From Guillardia theta CCMP2712 (Eukaryota; Protista; Cryptophyta), in NCBI RefSeq assembly GCF_000315625.1, contig NW_005434655.1:804807-868806 (forward strand): a DNA stretch of 64,000 nucleotides, given 5' to 3'. This document shows, piece by piece, positions 38,436-50,738 of this stretch (position 1 is its first letter; each line of letters opens with the position of its first letter). The notes under the pieces were generated by a model. The model did no database searches and was not told where the DNA came from. It was given only the letters and a program-made list of their open reading frames with translations. The translations under genes and the position numbers were made by a program.

Positions 38436-38735
38436 AGGGAGACAAGCAGAGAAAGTTCTTTACTGTCAATGATGAACGCAAACTAGGTCCAATTTCCAAA
38501 CACACTCATTTGTGGAAGGTAGATGGCATAACATGTTATAATGTACATAACCAGCAAGACATGTGTGTTGTTGTCTCTCGTGCACCTTTATTCGAGAAAA
38601 GAATCTATGAGATACAGATTGTAAGAGAAGATCATCAAGCCAGCTTAACCAAAGGAAAATCTAAAAATGCAAAAGAATTGTCTCTTGCCCGAGGGAGTCA
38701 AAAAACCGCTAAAGTCCTTGTCGCAAATCTTGTCG

Positions 38736-39667
38736 CTTATTTCGATGCCGGGCCCTTCTTGACAACCTTTGCATCATTCGCCACCTGCACGAGATCAGGA
38801 AGCAATCGCAAGATACATCAAGGGAAGGCATGTCGCGAAGAAGCAAATAGAGCAGGGGAAGGGGACAAGCAAAAGCAGCAGTATGGCACCTGCTTCAAGA
38901 GCTTGAGAGAAGCCTTCTTCTCCGCCTCAGCCTTGGACTTCTTGGATGCTGCCTGCTTCTTGGCCGCTTGTCTCTGCGAGGTCATCACACTCAGTGCTCA
39001 TCCTCGACAAGACACAAGCCCGACCTTCAACTCCCTCTTCTTCTCCTCAACAGCAGCTTCCTGCTTCTCCTCCGCCTTGTCACCCTCCTTTGTGATCTTC
39101 TCGACCTTCTGCTCCGCCTCGGCTTGTTCGAACATTTTTTCTAGGTTTGCAGGAAGAGCGTCCTTCCTCACCTGACATGAACTTCAGAGGAGACTCAGTC
39201 AGCACAGAACAGTTCTCACCTTCTTCACTCCCAAGCTCGGCATGCTCCTCTGCTCCTCCGCTGCTTGTTGCGCTTCCTTGAGAAGATTCTCAGGCACGGG
39301 CTGCAATCCCTTCTCCGCGAGCCCATCCGCCTTAGCAAGCGCGTCCGCCACCTTCAGGGATGTCAGAAGGGCTACATCAGAGGTCAGCAGCTCGTGCTCG
39401 CTACCTGCAAGTGGAGGTTCATGTCGTCTGAACCCGCGTCCTCCTTCTTCCAGTCGACAAACTTTGGCACGACCTTGGGCAGGGACTCGAGAGAGGACTT
39501 TTGGTTTGGAGTGAAGCTGGCGAGAGCCAAGACAAGAGCAACGAACGCCGCAAGAGAAGCCGCGACGACGAGCAACCTGGTGGGTCTTCTTGATCCGGCA
39601 ACTTTGGCTTCCTCCCCATTGTAAATTGGGACAGAGAGCGAAACTGGCTCGATGTAACTGTGCATTC
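38736..39667 (-). CDS. Hypothetical type II membrane protein with Ala/Lys/Glu-rich coiled coil (multi-exon)
   Basis: TM segment LLVVAASLAAFVALVLALASF, then short exons rich in A/E/K separated by ~50-nt introns. Confidence 0.6.
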
Positions 39668-40548
39668 TGACCCCCGAGTGCACTGCACAACGTGTCAGAC
39701 ACGGACAACGTGATTGACAATCCTCCATCATGAGTGATGCTTCTCAAACATGAAGAAAGTTCAACATCTCTAACTCTCTTCCAGTATTCTAAGGAGTGAA
39801 TCATTTACGACCAATACAGGTTGTTGGCAATTTCCGCTAGTCACCACAAGTACGATGAAGGTATACGCTTCATATCGTTACAATGTAACAACACCACATT
39901 ACATCGTGAGACATCGTGAGAAAGTATCCATAAATGTTGCAAGGCAAACTTCCCTCACAAAACTCTCCCATTCCAACTCTGGAAGAATCCATCAACTCTC
40001 TAGGTACAATACAGACTTGGCACGATGCGAGCAAGATGCAAGCGTCCTTGTCAGGGAAACACAATTGGTTCAGCTTTCTCCAAGATCCTCAAACATTGAA
40101 ATAACCTCCACTTTGAACCTCGATCTCATTCTTGCTTCTACAGCTCAGATCCATCTCAATTCGAACCTATCCCTGACTACACAATCTACCCTCTTCCATC
40201 TTACACTGGATCACCCTCTGGCATTACATTCAACTTTTTCTCTCTCTCATTTTTTGCTTCATTTCTCGCCATCTCTCCATCCTCTCTCTCTCCTCTCCCT
40301 TCCCATCGCGCTCTGCCCTCAGTCCCTCCATCCCTCGCTTGTTCTATTTCTGGGGTGAGTTTTAATCACCCCTACCCCAGAATTCCACCACCCCACCTCC
40401 TAGTCGACATTTTTTTCACCCACCCTTACCTTTGACAGAATTATGCCATATTATCGTACCCCTCTTTGAGACAAAAAACCCACCCTCACCCCATATTCTT
40501 TTTGGTTTGGGACCTCCCAGGGGCACTGCTAGAGGATATTCGGAATCA

Positions 40549-40614
40549 AAGTTCAGAAGTTCAGAAGTTCAGAAGTTCAGAAGTTCAGAAGTTCAGAAGT
40601 TCAGAAGTTCAGAA
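40549..40614. repeat. (AAGTTCAG)x8 tandem repeat ~70 bp upstream of ATG 40681
   Basis: Directly visible. Confidence 0.95.
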
Positions 40615-40680
40615 TTTTGTAGACCTGGACCCCCGCTCAGGCAGCACCCGGCCGACTAGCTGAACATTTTTTTTGGCGCC

Positions 40681-41961
40681 ATGGAGAAGTTTGTGGACTT
40701 ATCGGAGCGCATGCGAGGGGAGCGAATCGTCCGCAATGACGTGATGGAAAAATATACACAGAGGATCGAGCTTCTTACAGAAAATATCACGAAAAATTTT
40801 GAGGTATTCAAGAGTTTGTCAGAGAAACATGAGAGGAAGGTACTCTTTGACCTGAAAGGTGATGTTGTATGTTGTCTTTTGATGCGGAGTGTAATGACGT
40901 AAATGATCCGATGCAGCGAAGAAGATGCTCCCTGTGATTCGTTTTCAAATTCAAGGTGACATCTTCGATTGTTTTTCCATGAGTCTTAGATCCCACTGTC
41001 TCAAGAATGTCGGGAACAAATGGATGCGATTCGCAATACCGTGCACAGGAAAGGAGAATCCATCCTATTTGAGACAGGGCAAAGTACGATAGATTTCCAT
41101 CTTTCAGCCATGCAGGATTGAACGTTTTTTGTTTTACAGCACTGATACAGTATTGTGGTTGGTTTTCAAAGAGCTGTGAACAATTCATCCATCAACAAGG
41201 GAAGGTAGAATTCAAAATTCGTTGTTGTTTCGCCAAGGCAAAAATACTCAAGAAGAATTTTTCTAACCTGCGCTCACAAGCTCTTGAATTGAAGCAATAT
41301 GTTCTCGCGGACTCAGAGAAATTGTTCAAATGCTTCAATGAAATGGCATCAAGAATGCAGCAATCCAATCTTGGTAACGACGAAGCGAAAAGTGAACTAC
41401 TGGAATTTTTCGAGAGAGCGGATTCAATGAATCTCAATGATTTCGATCTACCACTGTCACAGGCTTTGAGTACCTTCCAAAGCTGCCGGCACGAATTAAG
41501 CAAAATCAAAGAAGAGGCCTTCCAAAAGATTGACGAATGTTCCTTGTTTTTTTCAGATACTCATTTGCAATCGGATAGCAAATTAGAGATCTACGGTAAG
41601 TACAGTTTTCAATTGTCAATTGAAGACTTTTCATGGTGACTTGATTCACTCAGCCTCTATGGATGATTTCCGAACAAAAAGACAGAAAACGAGTTATTGG
41701 ATCTATTTGGAGAAGGAGTACATGAGGAAGTGTTTGGAATACCAGCAAGAGATATGGAATCTCAAGGCAGAGAAGGAACTCTTGTACGATTCTGGCTCAA
41801 ATTCTCACAGTTTTGATCTTGCCAAAGTTTGCAATCCTGGGATTTTGAATCTCGATGGTGCTGATTATTATGGTGGAACAACGGACTTCGATTCAATTCT
41901 TGAAATGGAAAGTCACTCAGAAGAAATTAGACGGGGTCGCAAGCGCGCTGCTTATCACTGA
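40681..41961 (+). CDS. Hypothetical coiled-coil protein (multi-exon)
   Basis: MEKFVDLSERMRGERIVRND... followed by heptad-like exons. AT-richer than neighbouring genes. Confidence 0.5.
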
Positions 41962-41994
41962 AATCTGGCATACCATTCCTGAAAGATCCGATCG

Positions 41995-42505
41995 GTGACG
42001 GGCAGCTTGGTCGGTGACAAAACGGTTCAGGCACGGTATAGTAACTGTTTCATCGGTCCCTTCAAGATCCTCTCCTTTGTTTCTCACAACACTGTTCATC
42101 TCATTGAATACGAAGCCTGTGGAACAGATTCTCGACAAACGTCAACGTGGTCGTGGTATCCAGTATCTTGTTCATTGGAAAGGCTATCCTAACCCGGCTG
42201 ATCATTCAATTTGAATCTTCTTTATTAGCTCAAGCGTCACCTTCCCGCCTCTCTTCTTCCTCTTCTTCTGCAGAACCTTTACTCAAGATTCTTCTGAGCG
42301 AAGTCCACGACAGGGGGACCTTCTTGTTGGCACGCAGTGCCAGGTGGGAGCGATGTTGTTTCTGGACTCATACCGGACGCCCCTTGGACGTAGCGTGGGG
42401 AAACAGGACTCGGGATGACGATGCCAAACAGCTCCAGTGATGCTGCTGATCTGATGAGTGAGTGTGCTTAATAAACAGTGATCCTGAGATAATCTGAGTT
42501 CAACG
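41995..42505 (+). mobile_element. Chromovirus (Ty3/gypsy) remnant: integrase C-terminus/chromodomain plus possible LTR
   Basis: FIGPFKILS; VEQILDKRQRGRGIQYLVHWKGYP (chromodomain). Downstream TGTTGG...AATAAA...TTCAAC could be an LTR. Confidence 0.7.
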
Positions 42506-43263
42506 GCTTACGCAAGGTTGCCAGTGTATACAACGCGATCAAAATAAGAACTGCGATTCTTTCATCGCGGTTAGTTAAAAATTGAAAAGTCAGATTTTTA
42601 AGCTCCCCTAGCTGTCAGCGGCCGGACTCCGTGTCCGAGTCGGCTTCGCAAGACGCTCAGCGTCTCTCAGGTGATCCGACCGTACGACATGGCAAACGCA
42701 TCCGATCGCCGCGTGTGAGTCCAGGATCTTTCGTCACTGAGTCACCTCAACGCGACGGTGGTAGGGGTGCATCGAATTTTGAACCGGCGGGGCGTGTCCA
42801 TTTGTTTTAAAACGGCAATGGATTGTTTATTCGTTCATGTGAAGGACCGCAGAGTAAGAAGATGATCACAAGGTACACTTGGCATCAAGAATCCAGCACA
42901 AATTCTTACTTGGTGATCCTGCAGAAGTGGAGACTAAGTCAATCGTATCATCAATTTTCTCTTTTGAAAAGTGAACTGAATAATAATATCTGTAAGATCA
43001 TGACGAGTCCGCTTGATTAAGGCGCAATCACTGCATCTCACTTGACTCCCTCCTCGGCATATCTTCTATACGCTTTGTTACATCGTTGCTTTACATTTTC
43101 AGAACAACTTTGATGATATTTGAATTTTTGAAATATGCCAATTAGTTGACTCTCACGAAGCTCTTGTTGAAGTATGTTCCCTCCTCTCTCCAAACTCTCC
43201 TCACTCAGGTCATTTGCATGTTTGCATATTTCCTGAAATACATCAACTTTGCTTTGCTTCCCT

Positions 43264-44244
43264 GATGGCGGAACTGTTGACGTCGAAGTACGCCTCAGAT
43301 CGCATCAGGGATCAAGTCTCGAGCTTGTAAGCTGGCATGCAAGAATCTGTTGTGCGTTGCAACCAGACTGCCATGAATGTAGAATCAAGGTTGGAGGTGA
43401 TATCTGATTTGACATTTATTATTCATTCGAAGCATTCATCTCAGGATGTCGAACTACCAGCAAATTGACACAGACACACAGACAGAGAGAGGATGGAGCA
43501 AAAAGGTAGTGGTAATGAAGGCTATTCTCGAGACTGAATCAGGATCTTTGCCTCTCATATTTCAATGCTCCCTTGAGTGCAAGCCCCAGTAAGGCGAAGG
43601 ATGCAGTGAGCACCAGTGCACTCACCTGTTTCTATGAGTCATGTTCCGACTTGGGCCGCGACTCAATAAGGCTGCTTCCTTCCCGGATCGAGCTTGTTCC
43701 AACTTACTCAAGAGTGTTGGGTCCTCGTGACCTGGTTCGGGACCTTCCATGATGGCGATTGTGTCAATTGGTCATCGGTGGATCCAACGGCAGCTGCATT
43801 TCAAGTAAAATTTCGAGTTTTGGGAGGGAGCGAGGAGGAGTAGAGGGGAGACAGTAGGAGAATGGAATCGAGAGATCGGAATCTGAAATTTGCAGAAAGA
43901 AACACAAGGAGAGGGAGGGAGATGGCCAGCTAGGTGCAAGGGGAAAGAGGGAGATGTGCCAGGTCTATGTTGGAAGGGAGGCATACAGCCACATTGACTT
44001 GCGGTCATCCTCGGTCCAATCGAGAGCATAAACAACGAGTACCTGGTAGTCTGCTCCGCTCCTCTCAACCTGTTCCAGTGACGCAGGGAGGGCTTCAGGT
44101 TCAGTACCTGACTGATCTGTTCATCCAAGCGGACACCAACCAGAACGGAAGATTGGTGGGATGGGTAGAGGAGAGGCGCTGTCGTGCTGATGGTAGTGAC
44201 AGGACAAGAAGGAGTTCAAGGAGCTGATGTTGCGGGCTAACTGA
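43264..44244 (+). CDS. Small EF-hand-containing protein (multi-exon; 5' structure uncertain)
   Basis: Spliced C-terminus YLTDLFIQADTNQNGRL|DKKEFKELMLRAN* gives a canonical EF loop D-x-N-x-N-G-x-L-D-x-x-E-F across a 47-nt intron. Confidence 0.6.
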
Positions 44245-44455
44245 CAATGTTGTTAGTTCTCCAGGCTTGACTACGTCGCTCATGGTTCCAGGCATCCATC
44301 TTGAAATCCCTTATCACAATAACCTCAGGTCTTCATCTGGCTCGCTTTTCGTCTATATCTGATCCTCTGCTCACTATTAGCCTGTCGGCATTTAGCTGAC
44401 GTAGTCAGCCTGGAGAACTAACAACGTTGTCAGTTAGCCCGCAACATCAGCTCCT
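44219..44455. repeat. ~59-bp inverted repeat with ~120-bp spacer
   Basis: 44219-44277 is the reverse complement of 44398-44455, with one substitution and one 1-nt indel. Confidence 0.95.
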
Positions 44456-44651
44456 CGACGCGAAACCCTGTTCGAATGATACACATAAGAAACAAGGGGA
44501 CACTGCAAGTGCGCACAAGCATTGGGATGACATCGAGAAAGAGGATGATAGCTTTTTAAGTCTTCAAAACTTTGAAGTATCTTCTTCATTCATTGCCTAT
44601 TGAAAGGCGAATAGCTAGTGAGCGTCGCAAGATTCTCTCAGGAGCCATTCA

Positions 44652-46850
44652 TCAATGCAGACTTCGCACTTCAAAGATGGATTTGTGCCTTAGCTTCAAG
44701 ACTGACAACAATCCCCATGGGTAAAACAGGTCTCGATCCTCGTCATAGGTGAAACAGAAGAAGTTGTCACCATTCTCTGTTGCACAAACATGATTCTTCT
44801 CGCATACCCAAACTTCCATGACATTTGGGACCATCAACTTGCCAAGTCCTCCCGTGATAAAGAAATCATCTTTTTTGTCCTGAGGTATCTGTGCCAACTG
44901 TTCCCAGTTGTACTTGGCCGTACAGCTTGTAAACTCTGATTTGTGCGGCCATAATGCGTCAGGAAGGCACGCAGAGAAGTTGTTGCTCGTTCCATCTGAG
45001 CCGAGGATAGTGTTGCTTAGCAAGATTCGCTTGTATCCATCCGTGCATTCCCATGACTGTGAGGTCGAAGGCTCAGGGGTCATCATAATCGCAGTTTCCG
45101 ATGGAGTTGATGCAGATGTTACTTGCGTTGTTACGGGAGTCTCTTCTGTTGGTACCGAGGTTTGGTCTGGCTGAAGGCCGAGAGGAGTGATAGTGTAGTT
45201 TGAGGAGTAAGAGCTGGAGTTCACCGATGAGAACATGTCTACCCCCAGCTGTGCCTTGACTCCCTCCTCGTTGAGGTTGATGTCTGTCAGCCGTTCCATT
45301 GCCATCGATGTGTATACCCTGCTTTTGACCATAATGGCAAGTTCGATGAAAGTAGACGAATCCGATTCACTGGTTTCGCTGTTGATGATCACGTCGCTTT
45401 GTAAAGCCGGAGGTCCGGCAACATTTGCAACCACGGCTCGGATCATGTCACGTGTGGTTGAGTCAAGAGTATCAGAGGCAGCTGCATAACTAAAGCTCAC
45501 GTTGAGAAAGACATCCGAAGATGGCTGAACGATGACCTGTGGAACACAGTCGTGAAACATGCATCCGACTGCCAACGTGGCGGTGTCATCCCAAAATCCA
45601 AACTTCACAGGGTCCATCTCTGTCTTTGAGAACATTTTTTCTTGACCGATGTCATCCAGGATTGACTGCAGATGCGTTTCATTTGTCACATTCATAAAGA
45701 AAGATATCTTGACAAGAAGGGGTTCTGTTGTTGTTCGCAGCTTTCCATTCACAATCCTGTTCTTCCGGAAGCGACGGTTGGCCGCCCTCACCGCATTCTT
45801 AATTATCTTTGACGCCTTGGCCTGTCCTGATAGGGCTTTTCCAACGTCTACGAATTGATCGAGATCTAGATTGTTGGAAACCACTTCCAAACTAGCTTCC
45901 CACACACTTCCAGTCTTTTGATATGTAGTAACAAAGTCATAGGCACCCCATGCAACCTGAATCACCGTCCCATAGGGAGGTGGAACGAATCCCGTGGCCG
46001 TCCTGAATACGTCAAACAACAGTTCCTCAGTAAAATCTTCATTCGTAATCATGTCAGCAGTCATCGAGAAAGAAGTCTTGATGATGTCGACCTGAGCAAG
46101 AAGCTTTGGTTGCAGAGTATATTCTAGGGCGAGATCAGTGAGAGTAGAGGTTGCCTTCTCCGTCATGAATTCGAATGTCACAGAGGAGAACGTTGTCCCG
46201 CCACAACTACCCCTGCAACCCCAGAAGAATCCTGAATCACAGCATCCACAGGAGCCTGTAGATCTGAGACTGCAAGGACCGGTCCCTGGAGCATCTCCGC
46301 ATGTTCCAACACAACCGTAGACAATTCCCTGGCTACAGCATCCACACTCACTCGATGCTCGTTCGCTGCAAACCCCATTGCCTGCGCCACCACAGACTCC
46401 TGAGCATCCGTACAGCCAACCATCGTCGCAACAGCCGCAATGGTAAGTTCGGCGTGTGGAGCATGGGCCTGGGTCTGCAGCGCATGGGCAACATGTGGAG
46501 CAACCATATAGATATCCTGATTCACAACATCCACAATCACATCCAGAATCATCGCGAAGGGATGAAGATTTCCTAGGCGTCGTTGATAAGCTTTTGTTGC
46601 TCTCATCATGCAAAAACCTTCTGCTGGATATGTACGTCGAAACAAATCGCTTTGATCTGAAGCGTATAAGGGCAGAAGTCCTCGCCAGAGCAGATCTATA
46701 CTTGCTTTTGGTATTCACGATGATACCCAAGTAAGCGCCTACAGAGAGCAAGAGCACAGCGATGAAAGCTGCCACGGAGCTGCAAGACCAGCGTCGTGTC
46801 TTCGCCATCGCAGGCTTTGTACATCCAGGCGCCTCACCGCTTGTCATCAT
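44652..46850 (-). CDS. Intronless 732-aa membrane-anchored protein with four Cys-rich repeats
   Basis: Uninterrupted ORF. N-terminal TM. CGCC-x2-G-x3-GC repeats. S/T-rich stalk and Cys-containing C-terminal domain. Confidence 0.8.
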   Translation of the reverse strand: MMTSGEAPGCTKPAMAKTRRWSCSSVAAFIAVLLLSVGAYLGIIVNTKSKYRSALARTSALIRFRSKRFVSTYISSRRFLHDESNKSLSTTPRKSSSLRDDSGCDCGCCESGYLYGCSTCCPCAADPGPCSTRRTYHCGCCDDGWLYGCSGVCGGAGNGVCSERASSECGCCSQGIVYGCVGTCGDAPGTGPCSLRSTGSCGCCDSGFFWGCRGSCGGTTFSSVTFEFMTEKATSTLTDLALEYTLQPKLLAQVDIIKTSFSMTADMITNEDFTEELLFDVFRTATGFVPPPYGTVIQVAWGAYDFVTTYQKTGSVWEASLEVVSNNLDLDQFVDVGKALSGQAKASKIIKNAVRAANRRFRKNRIVNGKLRTTTEPLLVKISFFMNVTNETHLQSILDDIGQEKMFSKTEMDPVKFGFWDDTATLAVGCMFHDCVPQVIVQPSSDVFLNVSFSYAAASDTLDSTTRDMIRAVVANVAGPPALQSDVIINSETSESDSSTFIELAIMVKSRVYTSMAMERLTDINLNEEGVKAQLGVDMFSSVNSSSYSSNYTITPLGLQPDQTSVPTEETPVTTQVTSASTPSETAIMMTPEPSTSQSWECTDGYKRILLSNTILGSDGTSNNFSACLPDALWPHKSEFTSCTAKYNWEQLAQIPQDKKDDFFITGGLGKLMVPNVMEVWVCEKNHVCATENGDNFFCFTYDEDRDLFYPWGLLSVLKLRHKSIFEVRSLH

Positions 46851-48419
46851 GACAGCGGCTCAGGTGAGGGGGCGACGGCGCAGACGACTACTTAAATACC
46901 TGCACGCGCACGCGTCAGTCAAATCTTCACTGAGGGGGTGGGTGGTTGCTGTACGGTAGGGGTGTGGTGGGCTGTGTGGTCAAGTCTGCCGTGGGCTGTG
47001 TGGTCGGAACTTGAGGAGTGTTCGGGTGGGTGGATGGCTGGGCAGTTGCCTGCATTAAGATTGGTCATACCTACATCATTTTCTAATTGGAACAAAGGAG
47101 AAAACAGCCATGGTTGAAACACAGATGCATCAAGATGTAGATCACCGATAGGGGGGCGTTGAAAAGGGCATTTGTCATCGATCGGGGAATGTATAGTTTT
47201 GTTTGTACGGGTCCTTTTAGTCCCGGGGTGGGTATTTCGGAGGGGTTGGGTCAATAGTGTATCAGCAGGGGTATACACTGAAGAGTCAGCAGAATTGACA
47301 GGGGGGTGAGGGTACAGGGGCGGTCAAATAAAATTTGCCGAATTGGGCTACCCACCCAGATTCAAGATTCAAGGATTTCTGGCTGAAAACTACCAGTGGG
47401 GTAACTTGTGACGAGAATGTTGCCCCGTCACCCCGCGGACCGGCCCCGGGCCCGGGCCCGGCCCCCGTGAACCCGGAGCCAGTGACTCACCGTGAATCAT
47501 TGAATGATGGTGGGATCATTGTTTGGTTCAAAGCCCATGGGAGGTAGGATAGGGTGGGTCCCCTACTCCACCCCTAGTATGGGTCTGAGATCCCCTCTAC
47601 CCAAATAATCATATTTGATGTTGTACCCCTCTATTTTAACCCCCACCCCTCGAAAATCCGCCTATGTACCCCAAGTACGCCTTCCACAATCCGTCTTACG
47701 GATCACCCCTACCCCACCCCTACCCCCTAATTCCTATCATCACCACCCCATGCTCCTACCTTCTTGAATTACCCGCCAGCCACATGCTGACAACCCTAAC
47801 ATTCCACTACCCCTTGTAATAATTAGGTACCCCTCCTTTCTTTCAAACACCCCATCAATTCTAAAATGTACCCCGTATTAGTCCTCTTGTGTGAGGGGTA
47901 CTCTGAGAATTTGAAATATACTTCGAGATCTGGACCCCACCTTTTCATGCCCGTACCCCAGTGAATTGAACGAACTAGCCTCCCCGAGAAATCCGCTCCC
48001 TCCCTCCCGCCCTCCCTCTCTCCTTCCTCCCTCCTCATCCCCCCTTTCCCCCATCATTCTCTGCTTCTGATCCTGATACAAGACCTACCTCTACTCCGTT
48101 ACCCATTCTCTCTTTGGTTGCTTCAGTCTTGCTACTCCGTTTTCTCCACAAGTGTTTCCCACTCGTCTTTCACTGCTGCTCCCCCGACACCTTGCCCTAA
48201 CATCAAACACTTTACCCTGTCTCTCTCCTAGTTGCTATCGTCGAAGTCTACAAACCTGTACAAGTTCGTTCTACTGATGTTCGAAGTGCTTTGAGTGTGA
48301 GTTGGCTTTCTGATCGTATTTGTCCTCATCCGGATACCGATTTCATTGATCCACGCCATTATTTTTCATTCCCCGAAGACAGGGTAACGACCACCCATAG
48401 TGAACAGCAAGCAAGCACA

Positions 48420-50412
48420 ATGAACAGAGCCATTCTTAGAGCGATCTCGCTGGGATGTGCTCTGCAAGCTGCTGCTGCCTTCGTGATCCCTTCAAGACTT
48501 ACACTTGCCACCGGTCACCTCCCTTGCCATTCTAAGGGACTGTGCAATCTTCATCTTGCCCTGAAAGCAAACAAATGTACCATCTCTCGACAAAGAGGTT
48601 TACACCATCTTCCTCGTATGTCATCAGGAGCGTCCAACACAGGCAGCATAGCTGGATTTGGCGAATCGGGGGGTGACAGTGTTTCAACGGGTCTTCAATC
48701 AAATAGCGCAGCACGCAAGAAATCATTCCTCCGAGTCCTGTGGGACTTCACCAGACCTCACACCATAATCGGTTCGATCTTGTCTGTCGTGTCGTTGCAT
48801 CTGTTCGCGCTGACAGCACCGGGTTTGAAAGCTTCGCAGCAGATTGTCAGGTCATGTTGATGGTTCCCCTCAGGTGTCAGCATAATCAACTTGTCTGCTT
48901 TCATGGTTGCACTCACCTGGTCACTTGTGTGCGCCTCCTTGGTGAATCTCTTCGTCACGGGGCTGAACCAGGTCCTCTTGCTCCATTGGTATTGTAGTGA
49001 TTGATCTCGGTCCAGATTTATGATGTAGATATTGACAAGATTAACAAGCCGTACCTGCCCATCCCAGCGGGAGAATTGTCCCTGCAGAAGTATATGCAGG
49101 TGATCATGAAAAATTTAAGATCTGAAATCTTTCACAGTGCAAAAGTCATCGTACTTGTTTCCCTGATTCTTGGGATTGTAAGTTGCATCCGAATCTCACG
49201 ATCCCCCTTACTTGCCAATTTTCCAGCTCCCGACCATCTTGTTTTATCCGTTTGACAAGATCCCGCTCCTAGCTGGTCATATCAGAGACGTAGGAGAGAA
49301 AATCTGAGACTGACATGATTCCAGTCACCGGAGGATCATGCGTACTGGGTACACTTTACTCCATGCCTCCCTTCCGCCTCAAACGCTTCCCCTTACTGGC
49401 TGCCATGTACGCCTTGGTTCAGGATTACAATCAATCTTAGAGCTCTGTTGTCGCAGATGCATCATCGTTGTGAGAGGGACGCTGGTCAACCTTTCCTTCT
49501 ATGCACACACTGCAGCTGTAAGTGCTTGGCGCTAGCGAACAACTTCTCCGCTCATTGTGGTTCGTTTTGTGCAGATCCTGGGCACGGAGATGCTTCCTGC
49601 AAGGAGTTGGATCGCTTCTTCATTCTTCGCACTGTTCGGATGGTACTTGTTGATCGTGCTTGCCTCGTTGACTCACCCGTCCTCCTACCAGCGTCATCGC
49701 GCTGATGAAAGACGTGCCAGATGTAATGCCCGTCCCCTTGCCTTGCTCATCTCTTGTTCCACTCCTCCGCATTCCATTCCCTTCCTCCTCTATTCCTCCT
49801 CTACTCCTCCATTCAAAGTTATGGGCAGGTCAGTGGCGATAGAGAATTTCAAGTCAAGACCCTTTCTGTTCGGTTTGGATCTCGCACGGTACTTGTTTTC
49901 GACTGCATTCTTTCAAGGTTCTTTCTTCTCATCTGTCACCCTCCCTCCCTCCCTCTCGTCTCTACAGATTTTGTCTCTCGGAACTGGAATCCTGTCCGCG
50001 AGCTTCACTGTGGCTTCTCTCTTCTGTCTCTACCATAGCGTACTTCTCACAAGTGATCGTTCTGGTCGAGAAAGCACCAAGCGCTGACCCAACTCTGCTA
50101 GATCCGGTCTTCAAGGCCTTGCGATTCGTCGTTGCTTTGTTCTCAGGGGTAACTCATACTTCCCGCCTTCAGCTTTAGCTTGCTTGACCTTTGGCTGTGC
50201 CAGATCGCGGCGGTCTGGGTTCACAAAAGCAGCAGACTTCTCCTCCAAGAAAGTGAACAGGACGAAGAGAAAACATTCAGCGAAAAGGCGTACAGGTATT
50301 GGCTCATTGCAAACCCTCTCTTGGTGTTCTTAATGTGTTTGCCATCAGCTACTACATGGATCTGTGGAAGTTATTCTACGCGTCATATCTGCTTCTTCCC
50401 TTTGCTGTTTAA
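48420..50412 (+). CDS. Plastid-targeted homogentisate prenyltransferase (UbiA family; HST/HPT type), multi-exon
   Basis: Bipartite leader [106 protein letters not shown]. Confidence 0.93.
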
Positions 50413-50738
50413 CGTTGAGAAGATGAAAACGAAAATGAAACATTCCCTGGCTCTCTCTTTGTCACGTCGGAACTGAGGTCATGTTGGCCCGCTGCTGGGG
50501 CTCGGCCGCCGCATGACAGCCCAGATCATCGTAGTAGTGACGGGCGCCGGCGGCCCGGCGGGCGTGCCCGGACGGCCCAGTAGTACGGTCGGGCCCGGTG
50601 GCCGCGCGGACCGGTCCGATCACCGGGTGCCACAGACGGCCGGGCGTGACCGGACTGTATGCCGGTCACGAGCCGGTGAAAACAAATACCGTTTAAAGAC
50701 CCATCGCCCATGGCGCCGTAACCTAGTGAGGCAAGGCG

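Noticed and set aside
38399-39175. 258-aa + strand ORF
   Set aside because: It is largely antisense to the spliced minus-strand A/K/E-rich gene and its 3' region.
40549-40614. (AAGTTCAG)n as heat-shock elements
   Set aside because: GAA and TTC are separated by one base, not the two required for inverted nGAAn arrays.
6701-44244. A calcium-signalling gene cluster (Calx-beta PFK-2, SK-like channel, EF-hand)
   Set aside because: The genes are 14-16 kb apart with unrelated genes between them, so chance co-location is sufficient.
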